A DNA stretch of 64,000 bases, taken from NCBI GenBank assembly GCA_012026655.1, contig JAAILG010001164.1, forward strand, positions 1 through 64,000. The letters run 5' to 3'. The first letter of the stretch is position 1; each line of letters starts with the position of its first letter. This DNA comes from Hydrolagus affinis. Lineage: Eukaryota. The notes below the pieces were generated by a model. It saw nothing but the letters and a program-made list of their open reading frames with translations, was not told the origin of the DNA and did not search any database. A program made the position numbers and the translations under genes. Positions 1 through 13,205 of the stretch are shown in pieces.

Positions 1-162
1 CTGCTCACCTCCCTCCAGTCTGAAAAACAGCCGCTCACTACAACTCTCTGCTTTCTGTCTCGCAGCCAGTTGTGGATCCACTCTGCCACTGTCCCTTTTA
101 CGCCATGGGCCTTTAATTTCCTAATAAGTCTCTCGTGGCACTTTGTCAAATGCCTTTTGAAG
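1..162 (-). mobile_element. CR1 LINE reverse transcriptase fragment
   Basis: Minus strand reads KAFDKVP/ERLIRKLKAHGVKGTVAEWIHNWLRDRKQRVVVSGCFSDWREV (one frameshift), typical of CR1 RT. Confidence 0.85.
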
Positions 163-164
163 GC

Positions 165-271
165 ATTGGCTGCCATGTTTTGCCAAAAAATACATAGCGT
201 ATTCTGTGAAGCACTTTAAGACATCTAGAAGATGTGAAAAGTACTATATCAAATGCAAGGATTATTATTAT
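165..271 (+). mobile_element. Young SINE, 3' tail only
   Basis: tattctgtgaagcacttt..gacatctagaagatgtgaaaa..ctatatcaaatgcaaggattattatta, matching the family tail seen in >12 copies. Confidence 0.85.
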
Positions 272-495
272 GATGGCCATGCCTTCAGTCACTGTGCCCT
301 GATCTCTGGAAATCTCTCCTTCAATCCCTTTGCCATGCCCCTCCCTACCGTCAAATCCTGCTTAAAAGACCTTCCTTTTTGATCACCTCCCCCTCCCTAT
401 CCTTAGGCTGAACGTTAAACTCTGCCACTATCAAGTGTTCCGGGATGCTACCCCACATGACAGGCACTATATACATGCAAATTTTGTTATTGTGC
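272..495 (+). mobile_element. L2 LINE 3' end, decayed
   Basis: GHAFSHCA..LW.SL..LK.FLF-like remnant, then a gcactatatacatgcaa..ttgttattg tail. Confidence 0.7.
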
Positions 496-989
496 TGTAT
501 ACAACAACAATAATTTGCATTTATGTTTTGATCTTCATATAGGATAATGATGAAGGGTACAGGTAGGGAATACCATAGGTTAGGGGCATGGTTATTGACA
601 ATTCTTAGCATCTCACCCAAGTGGCTATTTATTATTGTGCCCAGACAGTCAGTGTCAGTTAAATCCAATTCCATTCGCACCCAAATTCCACACACGTGGT
701 GAGCTCTTGCTAAGTATTCCCTCTTCCTGGCTTATAAATCATTACAACTTTAATGGGCAACAACTGTGGTGAGCTAATTGCAGATTGATTATACTTTAAA
801 CCTTTCTTATATTTCCGGTGAAATGACAAGCTCAGAAGTTCAGTTCAGATGAAGAAAGCTCCAAGGCACGTTTGTTCTCTTTCTTCCAGAACACCCAGCC
901 TCTCATCATAGCAGTAAGCTATTTCTTAAATTAGACATCCGGGTCTCCACTGCCTTATCTTTATGGGAATTTGCAGAGAATTGACATGA

Positions 990-1345
990 TTCACTGTAAA
1001 GTGTAATGATTATCTGTATGTAGACTAACACAGCAATATGCACACAGCAATGGTTCTGAAGTGAATGATCAATTTTATTTGGGGTTTGTTGCCCAAGACA
1101 CCAGGGAAACTTATCTTTTTGAATGGTTGCACAGGATCTTTGTCAAACACCTGAACAGCCAGACAGGACATGGTTTAAAGTCTCATTTAAAGGATGGCAC
1201 CTCTGACAATGCAGCCCCAACAAAACAACATTGCATTTGTATAGAGACTTTCATGTCAGGAGAACGTCCCCAAGATGCTGGACAGTCAGTGATTTGGACC
1301 AAAGCTGGGCAGAGTGTCAGTCTAGATTGTGAGCTCAAAGTCCAT
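990..1345 (-). mobile_element. Old Deu-domain SINE (SacSINE1/AmnSINE1-like) interrupted by an L2-type tail at ~1220-1290
   Basis: ggtttaaagtctcattt..ggatggcacctctgacaatgcagc and gagtgtcagtctagattgtgagctcaaagtcc are the reverse complement of the Deu central domain. Confidence 0.7.
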
Positions 1346-1669
1346 AGATTAATAATAACTAATGATGTAACTATAATGGCTAGAATGATGAAGCCCAGCA
1401 TCATGTTTACCTCACTGGTTGCTGCCTAACATTGTTTTGGTCAGTGATGAGTCAAGGTTGCTTTGAGCATCCCCATGGCAATTTATGTCCTATCCATGGA
1501 GTATATCTGTTTCCTTGTTCTCCTCACTATATACAACATCATGCATTTATCTGCACTGAACTTCATGTGCCAATCACCTGCTCATATGCATAACCTAACT
1601 AGGTTTCTGACAGACCTTTACAGTCTCTTCTGATTCCACAGTTCTCCCCAACATCATTTCATCTTTAAA

Positions 1670-2112
1670 TAGGAACCGAAGTAGGCCATTTAGCCCTTTG
1701 AGCCTGTTCCACCATTTAATTAGATGATGGCGGATCTGTACCTCAACTAATCATTTCAAATTCCTGCTTTCTCTTCATATCCCTTGATAAGCCAAAGTAC
1801 CAAAAATCTACCAACTTCACTCTTGAAAGTGTGGATAGATCTAGCATCCACAGCCTTTTGGGGGAGAGAATTCCAGATTTCTATGACCTTTTGAGTGAAA
1901 AATGCTTTCTGGTTTGACTCTTAAATGGCCTGACTCTAATTTTAAGACTACGCCCCCTTGTTTTGGATTCCCCCAGCAGAAGAAATAGCTTTTCTATATC
2001 TATCCTATCAAATCATTTTATCACCCTAAACACCTCAATCAAATCACCCCCTCAACCTTCTAAACTCAAAGGAATACAATCTTAGTGTATGCAGCTTTTC
2101 CTCCTAACTTAA
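1670..2112 (-). mobile_element. Younger CR1 LINE 3' end nested in the old CR1
   Basis: gtaggccatttagccctttgagcctgttccaccatttaattagatgatggc 3'UTR plus ORF2 C-terminus (WNSLPQKAVDARS). Confidence 0.85.
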
Positions 2113-2589
2113 ATACAAGCTACACTGAATCCAGGTCATTAGTGTATACAAAGAAGAGCAGGGGTCAGTACCGAGCCCCGAATCACCCAACTTAATGTAC
2201 CTCCTTATTTCGACTTAGCTTTCCTAGTGATTATCTTCTTCAGTGATGTATCTATATTTGATCTTGGATACCCAATGATAAGTTTATGTAGGAATCTCTC
2301 ATCTGTTAGTTTGTCAAACACCTTTCTGAACTTTAAGTACATTGTCATAAGGCTTCCTACAGTCAATTTACACATCATCTCCTCAAAATGTCTATGAAGG
2401 TGATCAGATAGATTTACCCTTTCCAAACTTATATTGGCTGGAAATAAATTTGTTACATTAGTTTTACAATCTTTCCTTCTATTCTCTTTCTGATCTTTCT
2501 GAAAATGACTTCCCATTTATTAAGTTGATGGGGCCATTAATGGGTCTGCAGTTGCCAGGTATGGTCCTGTTATCTGTCTTGAATAAAAA

Positions 2590-2965
2590 CACAATACAAA
2601 ATTACATTTGTAAAGGGTTTTTACATCGGGAGGACATCCCAAGGTGCTGAATAGTCAGTGATTAGGAGGAGTGGGTGGGATCAGAGAGGGTGGAGAGCAG
2701 AGTGGGTAGGAAGGTGATCAAAGGCACAGTCAAAGAGGAGCGTCTTGATGCAAGGGAGGGAACGAGGTAAAGGGGATGTGGAAGGGAGTTTCAGGGATGG
2801 AGGCAGGGAGACTGCAGGCCCGACCATCAATGGTGGAGGGAAGAGTTGGGATGGTCAACAAGTATGGCATTGGCATAGTTGAGCCTGGATGTAATGAAGG
2901 CATGCTTGAGGGTTTTGGCGGAGTGAGGCAGTGGCAGAGTCAGGCAACAATGTGGAGGTGTTGGA
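2590..2965 (-). mobile_element. L2 LINE 3' fragment nested in CR1
   Basis: ORF 2827-3066 contains AKTLKHAFITSRLNYANAIL (L2 A..LVHAFITSRLDYCN motif); L2 tail at 2590-2650. Confidence 0.8.
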
Positions 2966-3473
2966 CACAGGATTTTTTTGTGTCTTCCCTGATTAGAAAC
3001 CTCCAGGAAGTAGATGTTTAATACATTTGCTATCCCCTCTTTATTCCTTTTTTTTTTAAACTTCATTAAAGTATAATCCTCTTGTCTAACTACCCATTTA
3101 CTATTGCACCAAAAGATTTTTCAGCCTTATGTTTTACATTTACACTGATGTCCCTTTTGAGTTTTCTCTTAGCTATTCTAATCTTTGTTTTTAACTCTTC
3201 CAGTATAGTTTTTCCATTCAGTCCAATGTTCACTCTCTCCTTCCTCCCTGCAAGGTTTTTAAGAATACACAAAAACTGCCTTTTTTTCGCATTATCTTTT
3301 TTTATTTTCCTGTTGATCTACTTTGGAATCTTTTTAGATCCTGCTGCACATGGGTATGTTATTGTCTTACCTGCTGTGTATAAAGTCCATTTATTCTAAT
3401 TTGTGCTTGATTAATGCCTCCCAGGAAATTTCATATGGATCACAAATCATGAAGTTGACCTATTTTACTTATC

Positions 3474-3975
3474 TACAACAACAACTTGCAATTATGTAGT
3501 GCCCTCCACACTGACAGTGTCCTGGAGCACTCAACAATGGTTGAACCCGAGGCTGAGCCAGCAGGAGGAGGAGGAAAGGGAGTGTAGCTGTACACGTATA
3601 ATTTTGTTGTTGTAGTCGGCATGCTTGAAGAGGAAGGCGGATCCTGAAAATGGGGAGAGGTGGCAAGGCAAAGAGATTGAGGAAGGGAGTTCCATAGCTT
3701 TGGGGCGTAATGGTTGAAGGCATGGCTGTCGCTGGTTGACCAGAAGATTCCAGGGACAAAGAGAGGCCGGAACCAGTGAAGCGGAGGCAATGGGCACTGC
3801 TGTGATGAGAGAGGAAGTTGGAGAGATAGCGGTGGGGTACGAAAGCATGGAGGGATTTAAACACGACAGGCAGGGCCTTGAAGTGGATCCACTCTGAGAG
3901 GAAACTGGTGGAGTTTGGCACTGTGGTAATGAGGGTGCTGATGAGAGTGTGGATGAGAATGTGGGTGGTGGAGAT
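3474..3975 (-). mobile_element. L2 LINE 3' end
   Basis: WIHFKALPVVFKSLH..P..YLS and HAFNHYAPKLWNSLPQSL in shifted frames; (TTG)n tail at 3474-3486. Confidence 0.85.
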
Positions 3976-6900
3976 TTGGGATGAGTGAAATTTTGTGCTT
4001 ATCTGCAGTGCAATCTATAACTGTGTGCCAGAGGTGGTTGGATGCTTGTACCGTTGCCAAAGTCAAATTGAATGTTATTGAGCTATGGTCACTTTTCATC
4101 CAGGGAATTAACTATTTCTACTTCCAAAATAGTACCTTAAATTTGATTTTTTGGGGAAAATTATATCCTGCTTGAATGAATTTATACTTGTGGTAAAAGG
4201 ATACAAAAAAAATCAAAATGCAGTTAGGAGATCCAAGAGATAAAATTCCACCGGGTTTTGGCTAATGCTATTAACATAACATTTCAGAGTGTAGAATTTG
4301 ACATATTCTGAAAAACAGCCTTAATTTTAAAGTTTCTTTAAGAACTACAGTAAATTGGCAATAAACTTGACTGAATTGAATCATTTGCCAAATTCTGGAT
4401 GATCTGTTATTTTACGTTAACAGAGTAAATCTAGACCTCCATGGAATTTCTATCCATCAGATTACTACTAATATAGAAACAAATTCTCTTGAAATGAAAA
4501 TTCCATGATATTTTTAATGTTTTATTATTCAGGGGTTCTGCTGTATAAACATTCAATTTGTTTTTTCATTATTGTTATTAAAAACTAAATGAAAAATTTA
4601 TCTAGCATTATTATTAAAACCCACTAAAATAGATTGCATTTAAATACCTTATCAGAATCTGCATCTTAATTGGCTTAACATGCAAATTTGCATTGTTTCA
4701 GCAGTATTACAGTCATGAAATTGCCCAGACTTTGTTGTTTGTGTTATTCGCAAGTCATAAGGCCCTGGAGCATTATGGGATTTGGTTTCCCGTGGTATTT
4801 AAGACGTTGCTATGGAGAAAATAATACATTGCCCCATTGAGAATGCTTTGTGCAACTCAATGATGAAAAAGTACAATTGGTCTAAATGAAAATACTGCCA
4901 GCTGCTGTCTCTCCTTCCTCGCTCCCTTTCACTCAGCTCACACATTAGCTCACACATTCTCTCTCCATCTCTTTTCATGCAGGTAGTAAAGGAATGCTTA
5001 GCTGGGGGGAGATTTATTGACATGGTGCTGTAAAGGGAATTCTAGAAACTGAAATGTTGCTCATGTGCAGTGCAATATTTGTCTGATCATAGTTGTTTTA
5101 TTTGATTGAAGTCTTTCTTTGCTGTAATGCTAACCTGCTTCTGTCTTAATAAACTGTGCTTGCCTTAAAAATAAGTAGCGTTTTAGTACATTGTAGAAAT
5201 ACAGATCATCAGACAATACCTGAAGACATCATAATAATATTACGTTACCCTGTAGGACTGAAATACAGAGAATATACATGTGTTGGAGGGGGTGAAAGGA
5301 GAGAGTATGAACCAAGCACATTACGATAGAAAAAGATTGTTAAAATATAAAATCATTTGAAATAGATATATAATCACCTCAAAGCTGTGATCAAACAGAT
5401 GTGTGGTAGATATGGAAAGAAATTAAACGACACAACAATAATACAATTGATATCTAGATAGGGCCTTTCACAGGGCACATCCAAGAGCTTAGAGACACTA
5501 AGCGCTCTGAGACGCAGTCCGGCATGGAGGGCACTATATAAACCGAAGTTGTTGTTGTTGTAGATTCCACCTGGGTCTAGATTTGCTCTATTTATGTGGC
5601 ATTTCAGATCATCCAAAATGAGGCAAATTCTTAACTATGAAATTCAGTATTAATTTTGAAACGTCAAAATCCTAAAAGCTCTTTTTACAGAAACAGACAC
5701 AGCCGACCTGAAAGGTAAGACTCAATTCAATAATTTACCAAATTATTGATAAATAAAATAATTCCAGATTCAGGAGGAATTTTTCCCACGTAGTGGGTCA
5801 CAATGGAGAAGAAGCAGCCGCTTTCCAACATTCAACCTGCACAATTGTCCTTCAGTCAAACAGCCTGTCCTTAGTTACAACCTGGAGTACTCCCTCTAGT
5901 CCATTATTGTTTAATTATTGGACTAAAGCCTGGGAAATTGAACGCTGACAAAAGGAAGCCACACCTGTCCCTCCTGCAGTTTGTGGTGTGATTACTGTAA
6001 AGATTTACGATCCCACATGCTCATCCTCCATGTTAATTGCTGATGTCAAGTACTAGAAATCTGCTCTGCTGTATATTATTAAAATGCCCATATCAGTCAA
6101 ACTACCAACTGTGGACTACATTAACAAAGCAAAACAGCATGGCTTTCAGAGGGGGTTGAAATATTTTGTGGCATGTTTGGTTCCAATTCCACTACCATAT
6201 GGGTATCCCAGGCTAAGCTGTAGTGGACGAGGCCAAAGTCTTCCATCAGCTTTTTCTTAAATTCAGTTGTTTTGCATTTCTCCTTACTCTTTTTAAGATC
6301 CCCTCCCAGGCTGTGTGTTTGTCAGCCAAGGGAGTTGGAGAGACAAATCAGTTCCTGGGTTTCTGCCAGTGCTACTCTAAAACAGTTTAAGAGTTGGATT
6401 AAATGACCCAGGATCATTTCCTCCCAATGTTCTATATCTCCATCTGGGTAATTGGTTTATGTCCAGTTGCCATTTAAACCCCCTAGTGGTTATTCTCTGC
6501 CTCTCAGTAAATTTACTGACCTTGGTATGGTACACTTACATTTTGAAGTTTCCCCATTGCAAGCATACCATCGCCAAATTTATCAGAATGTGGAAAATAA
6601 CTATATACACACACACACACACTTGAAGACACACAAGATTGTTGCCAGAGGTGATGCAATTTGTATAGTATAACTCTTGTTCTCAAATCTATGAATAACC
6701 ATGTACCTCATCTGTTTCACTTTAGTTCTTATGCTTTAAATCTCTGGATTATAATATAAAGCCTTAATGCTTGCTCCTGGCTCAATTTAATAAGTGGCAA
6801 GTGGTAAATGACACGATTGGTTGACGAAGAATCAGTAATGTCTCTCATTTTTCGATACTTTTGAATAATCAACACTTTTTTTCTATTCTTGTAAGAGACG

Positions 6901-8499
6901 TTTTGTTATGTTTGTTACAGTTTGTTATGCTCTATAGTTACTTTTTGGAAGAAAACTCGAGAATAACATATTTTCACAATAAACATAAAAAGTACGAATT
7001 TGAAAATTACACAGAAAAAGATTACACATTTGCGTATATACAAGCTTGCAGTAAAGCAAATGGTTTAGCAAGAAATGTGATCAAAATAAATGATACACCC
7101 AGCAATTATAAACACAAAGACAAAGTTCCACAGTAAATAGTATTTCATCACAGAAGAACTTAACCACCACACAAATATATCACGTTTATTGGTTAATTTA
7201 CTTCAAGAAATATGTTAATTTAAAACATAACCCATTCTGCTACATATTTATCAAATTACAAATGAACATTTTCACAAATGTCAGCTGAGGTACAATGTAC
7301 ACAATCTTTTCAAAGCAGTGAAGAGCATTGATTGCTCAGAGTCTTAGTGGCAAAACATCCAACTGTAAGTAGCCAGCACAGTTGATCTTGTAAATGAAAA
7401 ATTTTAAGACAATAAAAAGTATGCATTATTTTAGTTCAGCAAAAGCTTGTGACAGTTGATATCAGTTCTTTCAAGCCACACTTCTCAAACATGCATTTAC
7501 ATTTAAAAATACATTAAAAACTGTACTGTATCTCAGTGGATCCATTAGTGATAAAATAGCCTACAGAGGTTTGAACAGCCATGGAAAATGTGCGTTCATA
7601 ATAGGATGCCTGCTGCTACATGCCTTTATGCAAACTTTACATTTATCACAGCAAAAATGTGTCTGTCTGGAGGGTGAGCAGTCAGCACATAAAATGACAC
7701 AACGCACATGGAGGGAAGAAAAATGTCTAGAACATTCAAATGCTGCAAATGTTTTCCAGGAATGATTTTTCTTCCAATTCATGATAATTATTTTAACTCT
7801 TCATGGACTGTTTTGCATTATTTCAGATATATTACTTGAAAAAGAGAAATCAATTTATAAAATAACAGAGCCAAGTTGGGAGGGGGGAGGAGAGCAAACA
7901 GCAGAAGAATCAGGTGATTCAGTTGGTGTCATAAATCACTCATGCTGCACTCTCACGATATATGAAGTTAGCTGAACCGTGAGATTGCCACACTGACGTG
8001 TAAACTCCCCCAGCACTTTTATTTTCTGTTATTTTATATAATACATACCAAGGTTCATCAAGTTTTACTATACTAAATAAATCTAATTACATTTTTTTTT
8101 TAAAACTTGGTGTTCAATAGCAGAATGGAGCAACAGTAAGTTTGCTTACCTGGAGCAAGAGTGAATTGCAATGGGAATGGATTGCCAGCCCTTTATTATG
8201 ATATCTTTGCTACAGAAATGCTAGGTCATTTCAGGCTAAAGTAATAAGGGTGACAGATGTAAACTTGTAGGTTGGGAAAATATAGTGTAGCCTGTATGCA
8301 TTATAAGAAATACGATTTATACACCATACTAGTCTATTCTAGTGCACCATAAAAATGATCATTTTAATTATACCCTTTACTCTCTAAGGGGGGGTGAAAA
8401 TAAAATTTTGAATACATAATGTGTGTATATATATATATATACACACACTCATGTGAGTTTCACATGGTTTCTAATTGTACTTTCAATAAGTAAACGAAT

Positions 8500-8835
8500 A
8501 ACTATTTTTTGTATTTGTTCATTGCCCCTTTCACTTCAAAGTGCTTCACAAAATTTACAATAAAGTGTAGCATCTGTACTTTGTAGACAAATAACAGCCA
8601 ATTTGTGCACAACAATGTTCTGCAAACAACCATGAAACGAATGACCGATTTTCTCTCAGGGATTGTTGGTTGGACACTGGAAAAAAAAATCTCTTCGACT
8701 AGTGCCAAGGGATCTTTAACATTTACCTGAACAGGCAGATGGGACCTTAGTTTTAATGTCTTACCCAAAGAATAGCACCTCCTTTGATGCAGCACTCTTC
8801 CAGAGCTACATACAATTGTTAGCCTAGACTGTACA
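8500..8835 (-). mobile_element. Old Deu-domain SINE
   Basis: tagtgccaagggatctttaacatttacctgaacaggcagatgggaccttagttttaatgtctta; L2-like tail near 8510-8550. Confidence 0.75.
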
Positions 8836-11042
8836 TATATATTTAGAGACCTGTGAAAACAATTAAGTGTTCTCATTGAAAAAACACCCCAAGAAAATCA
8901 GGCCAGTTATGTGCAACTGCGACTTCTACAGTGGATTTTATATGCATCTCATATGCGTACACATTTCTCTACATAGTACATTTATAAAAACACATTTTTA
9001 ATATATCTGGGTGGATTTAATTAAAACAATGAATCTGAGATATTGAATCAGTATTAAGACAATATAAATTATACTTCAAATGGAATTTCCAAAGATTTAA
9101 TGCGAGAAAAATGTTTGAAATCTCCTATTTCCTGTTTGTGGAGTAATTCAGTCATTGAAGCTGTCAGAATCACTTGGGTGCTGATATCACATTGTTGTGT
9201 ATAGGAAATACAATGACATTAGGAAATGCATGGCCAGATTGGCGAGGAAATAAACTATTTTTTGTTCATATTTTTCCAGGATAATGCTTTTTTTAAAAAA
9301 AATAAAAATCTCAGAAGGAAGTCTAGCGTCCAAAATGTTCTAAAAAATATTTTTAAAAACTGAATTGATAAACACAATGAGTCCTATTTTATTTCCTGTC
9401 ACTCGCTGTGTTGTTTATCGGAGTTGTTTGTGCAGTAATTTCTAGCTGGGGAAATTATTCAAAATGTCACTGAAATAAATTAAAATGTTCCTTTTTTCAT
9501 ATGGCTGATTCCACTGCATTAAAATAAATGCTGCAAGCTCATTTAATTAGAATAGTTAGAACTGTCTCTCCTCCACTTCAGTGGTTCTGCAAATCACACT
9601 TTAATTTGTCAAAATCACCCTGTTGTATTCAGTTCATTCCTCATTAGTGAGAAGTCAGCAGAATTTGAATAAATGTTTGTGGCACCGAATGAGCAAACAG
9701 CCCAAAGTACATTTTAAAGAGACAGTATTGCATTTCTGGATCCTGCATTATCATTTATTATCTCTTGACGTGTGGTACATGCAAAGGTGAAGAAGACAGC
9801 AGCTCTGTGTCTGTAGCTTCTTTTTTTTTTGCCCTGTGACGCTCTTTGCATGAGGATGGGCTGTTGGCTGAATAGAAATATCTTTTAGCAGATTTTGGTA
9901 TACGTGTTGATCTATTCAGAAACATATCAGTAATTCTTAGAGAATTAAAGATCATTGTGAATTAGTATATTTGTCAAATTGTATTTTCCACCTTTTTGTA
10001 CTTAACTAAAACACAGTTACATGTTGTTTGCACAATGTGAAAAGAAGTTGTTCCATTGCATTTTACTTCACTCCAATCTGTTGTTTACATTCCACAAAGT
10101 TAGAACACAGTGCAAGCTTCCTTTATTTATCACTGGCAGGTTTTAATAGTAAATAATAATGAACATTATGGCTGACATGAGAAAACCACAGCACACCTCT
10201 GAGCAGCAGGCTGCAGAAAGCCACCATCTAGGTCAGTCTTCCAGTCTCAGAAATGCTGCTAGGATTTGCAGGAATTTAAAGAGGGGATAAAATAAAAGAC
10301 TTTATGGAAAATAAATGGTCACATTGGCAAATGGTACCTAATCTTAAATCCAAAACACATCTCTAGTTTCCTCCCACAAGAACGACAACAAAATTTCATT
10401 TGTATAGCGTCTTTCACACCGGGAGGACGTCCCAAGGCGCAAGAAAGCTGGTTATCTTAGGTTAAACAGGCATCAGACATGACTTTCAAACGATATTAAC
10501 TGCTAACCATCTTATGTTTAAAATATTAGATTGCACATGAGTTTATCAAACCCGCATTCTTATCTGATCAGAGGAATGCGGATCAGACATGTGATGAGGC
10601 CCCATACCATAACCTTTTCTCTCTTTATCAGTTGATGCTGAAGCTGCTCTGGATTTTCAACATTTCTGTGTTCATTTCAAAGGAGTGGAGCTGCCCTTGC
10701 ACAACAGATCCCCTCAAGGACAACAGTTCCATTTATTTCTCCATTTTGCCACTTCACTGTTTTCCCTGGAAATTGTCTTCATAATGGAGCCCTGGGATAT
10801 TTCCCCAAACCAATTCTAAACTGAGAAATAGATGGCATATGGCATCAATTGCATGAAAAATTTGATGACAATTCCATAAGTTAATGGCTCTCATCCTTTT
10901 TCTCCTGCTGGCCAATACAAGATGAGGGGCAATGCCCCAGGCAGACTACATGATAAGGATGACAATAATACTTCTTGCTTCCAAAATAGCAACTTATCAC
11001 ATCATTGAAATGATTCAAAATCCTTCGCAGGATTTTATGTAT

Positions 11043-11234
11043 TAATAATAATCCTTAGAGGTGATATAGTGCTGTATCACATCTTTGAAATTCTCAAAGT
11101 GCTTCACAGAATATACTGTAAAATGAATTGACTGTATATTTTGTTGGAAAAACACAGCAACCAATTGTACACAGCAGTATCCCACAAACAGTCGTGGATT
11201 GAGTGACCAAATTAGTTTTTTGTAGGGATTATTA
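11043..11234 (-). mobile_element. Young SINE, 5'-truncated
   Basis: Reverse complement of the family body and tail (aataataatcctt..cttcacagaatatactgtaaa.tgaattgactgtatatt). Confidence 0.9.
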
Positions 11235-12969
11235 CACCCAGAAAAGCAAATCACTGCTCGACAAGCAACCAGGCACATCTTGTATTGTGACTCAAAACAG
11301 TGTGTATGAAATCCTTTGCACAGCATCTAACAATAGCAACATACATTGTTTTATAGAGCTCCAATGGCAAAGTTTTAAAGAGTACAGGAATTGAAAATGG
11401 CTCCATTATTTTTATTTTGATCTAAAGTTGAGTTAGGCTTTTGATTAGACATTATAGAAAATGTAGTACCGAAGAAGGTCAATCAGTCATCAAGTCTGTG
11501 TTACGAATATAAATGAACGCAGCTGATCTGAGCCATTTAAAGAAAAGCTTATATATCCTAATACTGTAGTTGTAGGTTTAAAATTCAATGATAGACAATG
11601 ACAAGGAATTCTCAAACCCAACTAAAAACCTACAGTAAGAATAGAGGAGAATGTGACAGATACTTCCTTTTGCACACTCACAATGAGAGTGGCTTCTCTT
11701 TAATGCTGGGCCCTGTGGAGTGAAGAGTTCACATTTTTCTGGCATGCTATTTGTTTTTGCTTGTTGGATCTTGAGCTCTCCTGACATGTGCAGAGTGGTG
11801 AGGCTTGCTTTTATTGATGGAGCCGTGCGAATCATAGCTCATGGTGCCAGCCTCACATACTGCAAATAATTGTGCTCGTGTGTTTGCAAGACAAATGATG
11901 ACATGTTGTGAAAGCAACAGCGAGGCAGACTCCTTTGGATGCACTGGGAGAGCTCCATGATAGTTTTCAAACCCTCTCCCGATATGGAAATGTCAGAAAG
12001 AACATCTGCCCTCTGAAACACAGTCTTTTTCACTGTTTGGAAATGCACATTTGCTGAAAGACCACAAAAGGAGCATTGATGATGCAGTAGCAGGCACACT
12101 TTGAGTTTCTCGTTTACAGCCGTTACATCACAGGAGAGCCCTCCCTGCTGCACGAGGTGACCATTTCCAGCCACCAAATTATCATTAACCTTGAAGAGTT
12201 GGAATTATGGAGCTGACAATAGACATGTGTTGCACCCTTACGCCATGCTATATAACAAACTAAGACAGGGTGCGCCATTCCCTTCATTGCATTTCCTGAA
12301 AAGATCTATAATATATCCAAACAAGATTTGAATGGAAATGGTTTACTTGCTATTTCTTTAAGTGAAAAGTAACCATTTAAAAAATTTGTGCAGCCATTTG
12401 GCTTATAAAGCCTGGTTTTGAATTAGTTCCACAGGTCGTCAAAGTTCATACATTTATCGACCTTCAGACAATTTGTGTACAGTGTCTGACATGAGAAGAG
12501 AACTGAATTAAAATGTAGGATTCAAATGATATTATCACTGAAACAACCTAAGATTATCACAGAATCTCTGCTAATGTTGATCCAAGATCTGCTAGGCCCC
12601 TGCTAGGCCACTGCTAGGCTCATCAGCTCCTCCACACCAAATTGACATCTACACTCACTAGTTAACTCACTCAACCTGTTGGCAACCTTCATTTTTGTGT
12701 TTTCGCCATTACTCTTAAAATTGTGCCTGTGAACTATCTTATTTTATTTAGCCTAACCCACATATGTATTATCTGATGCTCTAAGTATAAATATGGTATC
12801 CATACCCGACATTCTTATTGCACTGAAATCCAAGACTCGTCATGTAATTACCAACTACTGTACATGATTACTTAGTATCTCAAAGTTGTGGAATTCCTTA
12901 CTTTTGATTTCTAATAATAATAATCTTTGCACTTTAATACAGTGAATTTTATGGCAGGAAGACTTCTAC

Positions 12970-13205
12970 CACAACAACAACTTGGATTTATATAGCGTTT
13001 AAAGGCTTTACTGTAAAATGTTGTGGTTGTGTAGCTTACAGGAGAATGTAGCAGGCAATTTATGCACAGCAATGTTCCACAAACAGCAAAGAACTGAGTG
13101 ACCAATTTTGATCTGAGGGATTATTGGTCAGGACAGCGAGAGAAGCTCTTGACTCATTTTCAATAGTGCCAAAGGACCTTTAACTACATCAGAACAAACA
13201 AGACA
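12970..13205 (-). mobile_element. Old Deu-domain SINE 3' half
   Basis: caacaacaacttggatttatatagcg tail; ttcaatagtgccaaaggacctttaac central domain. Confidence 0.65.

Larger units (their letters stand above)
1400..3460 (-). mobile_element. Old CR1 LINE ORF2 remnant, split by nested insertions
   Basis: Degenerate CR1 motifs in order: AKRKL.RDIS.NVK (ORF 3090-3272), YLKFRKVFDKL (ORF 2205-2516), LFVYTND (~2135-2160), HMKFSADKC (~1540-1570). Confidence 0.7.

Noticed and set aside
3469-3921. 150-aa ORF and other LINE-derived ORFs (2205-2516, 23282-23704, 44095-44319)
   Set aside because: Frameshifted, truncated L2/CR1 fragments; no intact element or sign of domestication.
11578-12177. Cluster of overlapping 65-112 aa ORFs in unique sequence
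   Set aside because: No recognisable domain or splice framing; better read as a non-coding island.
12590-12620. 3 x 11-bp repeat CTGCTAGGC(C); also TGAAGTCA x3 at 18263-18300
   Set aside because: Ordinary slippage duplications with no unique spacers; not CRISPR-like.
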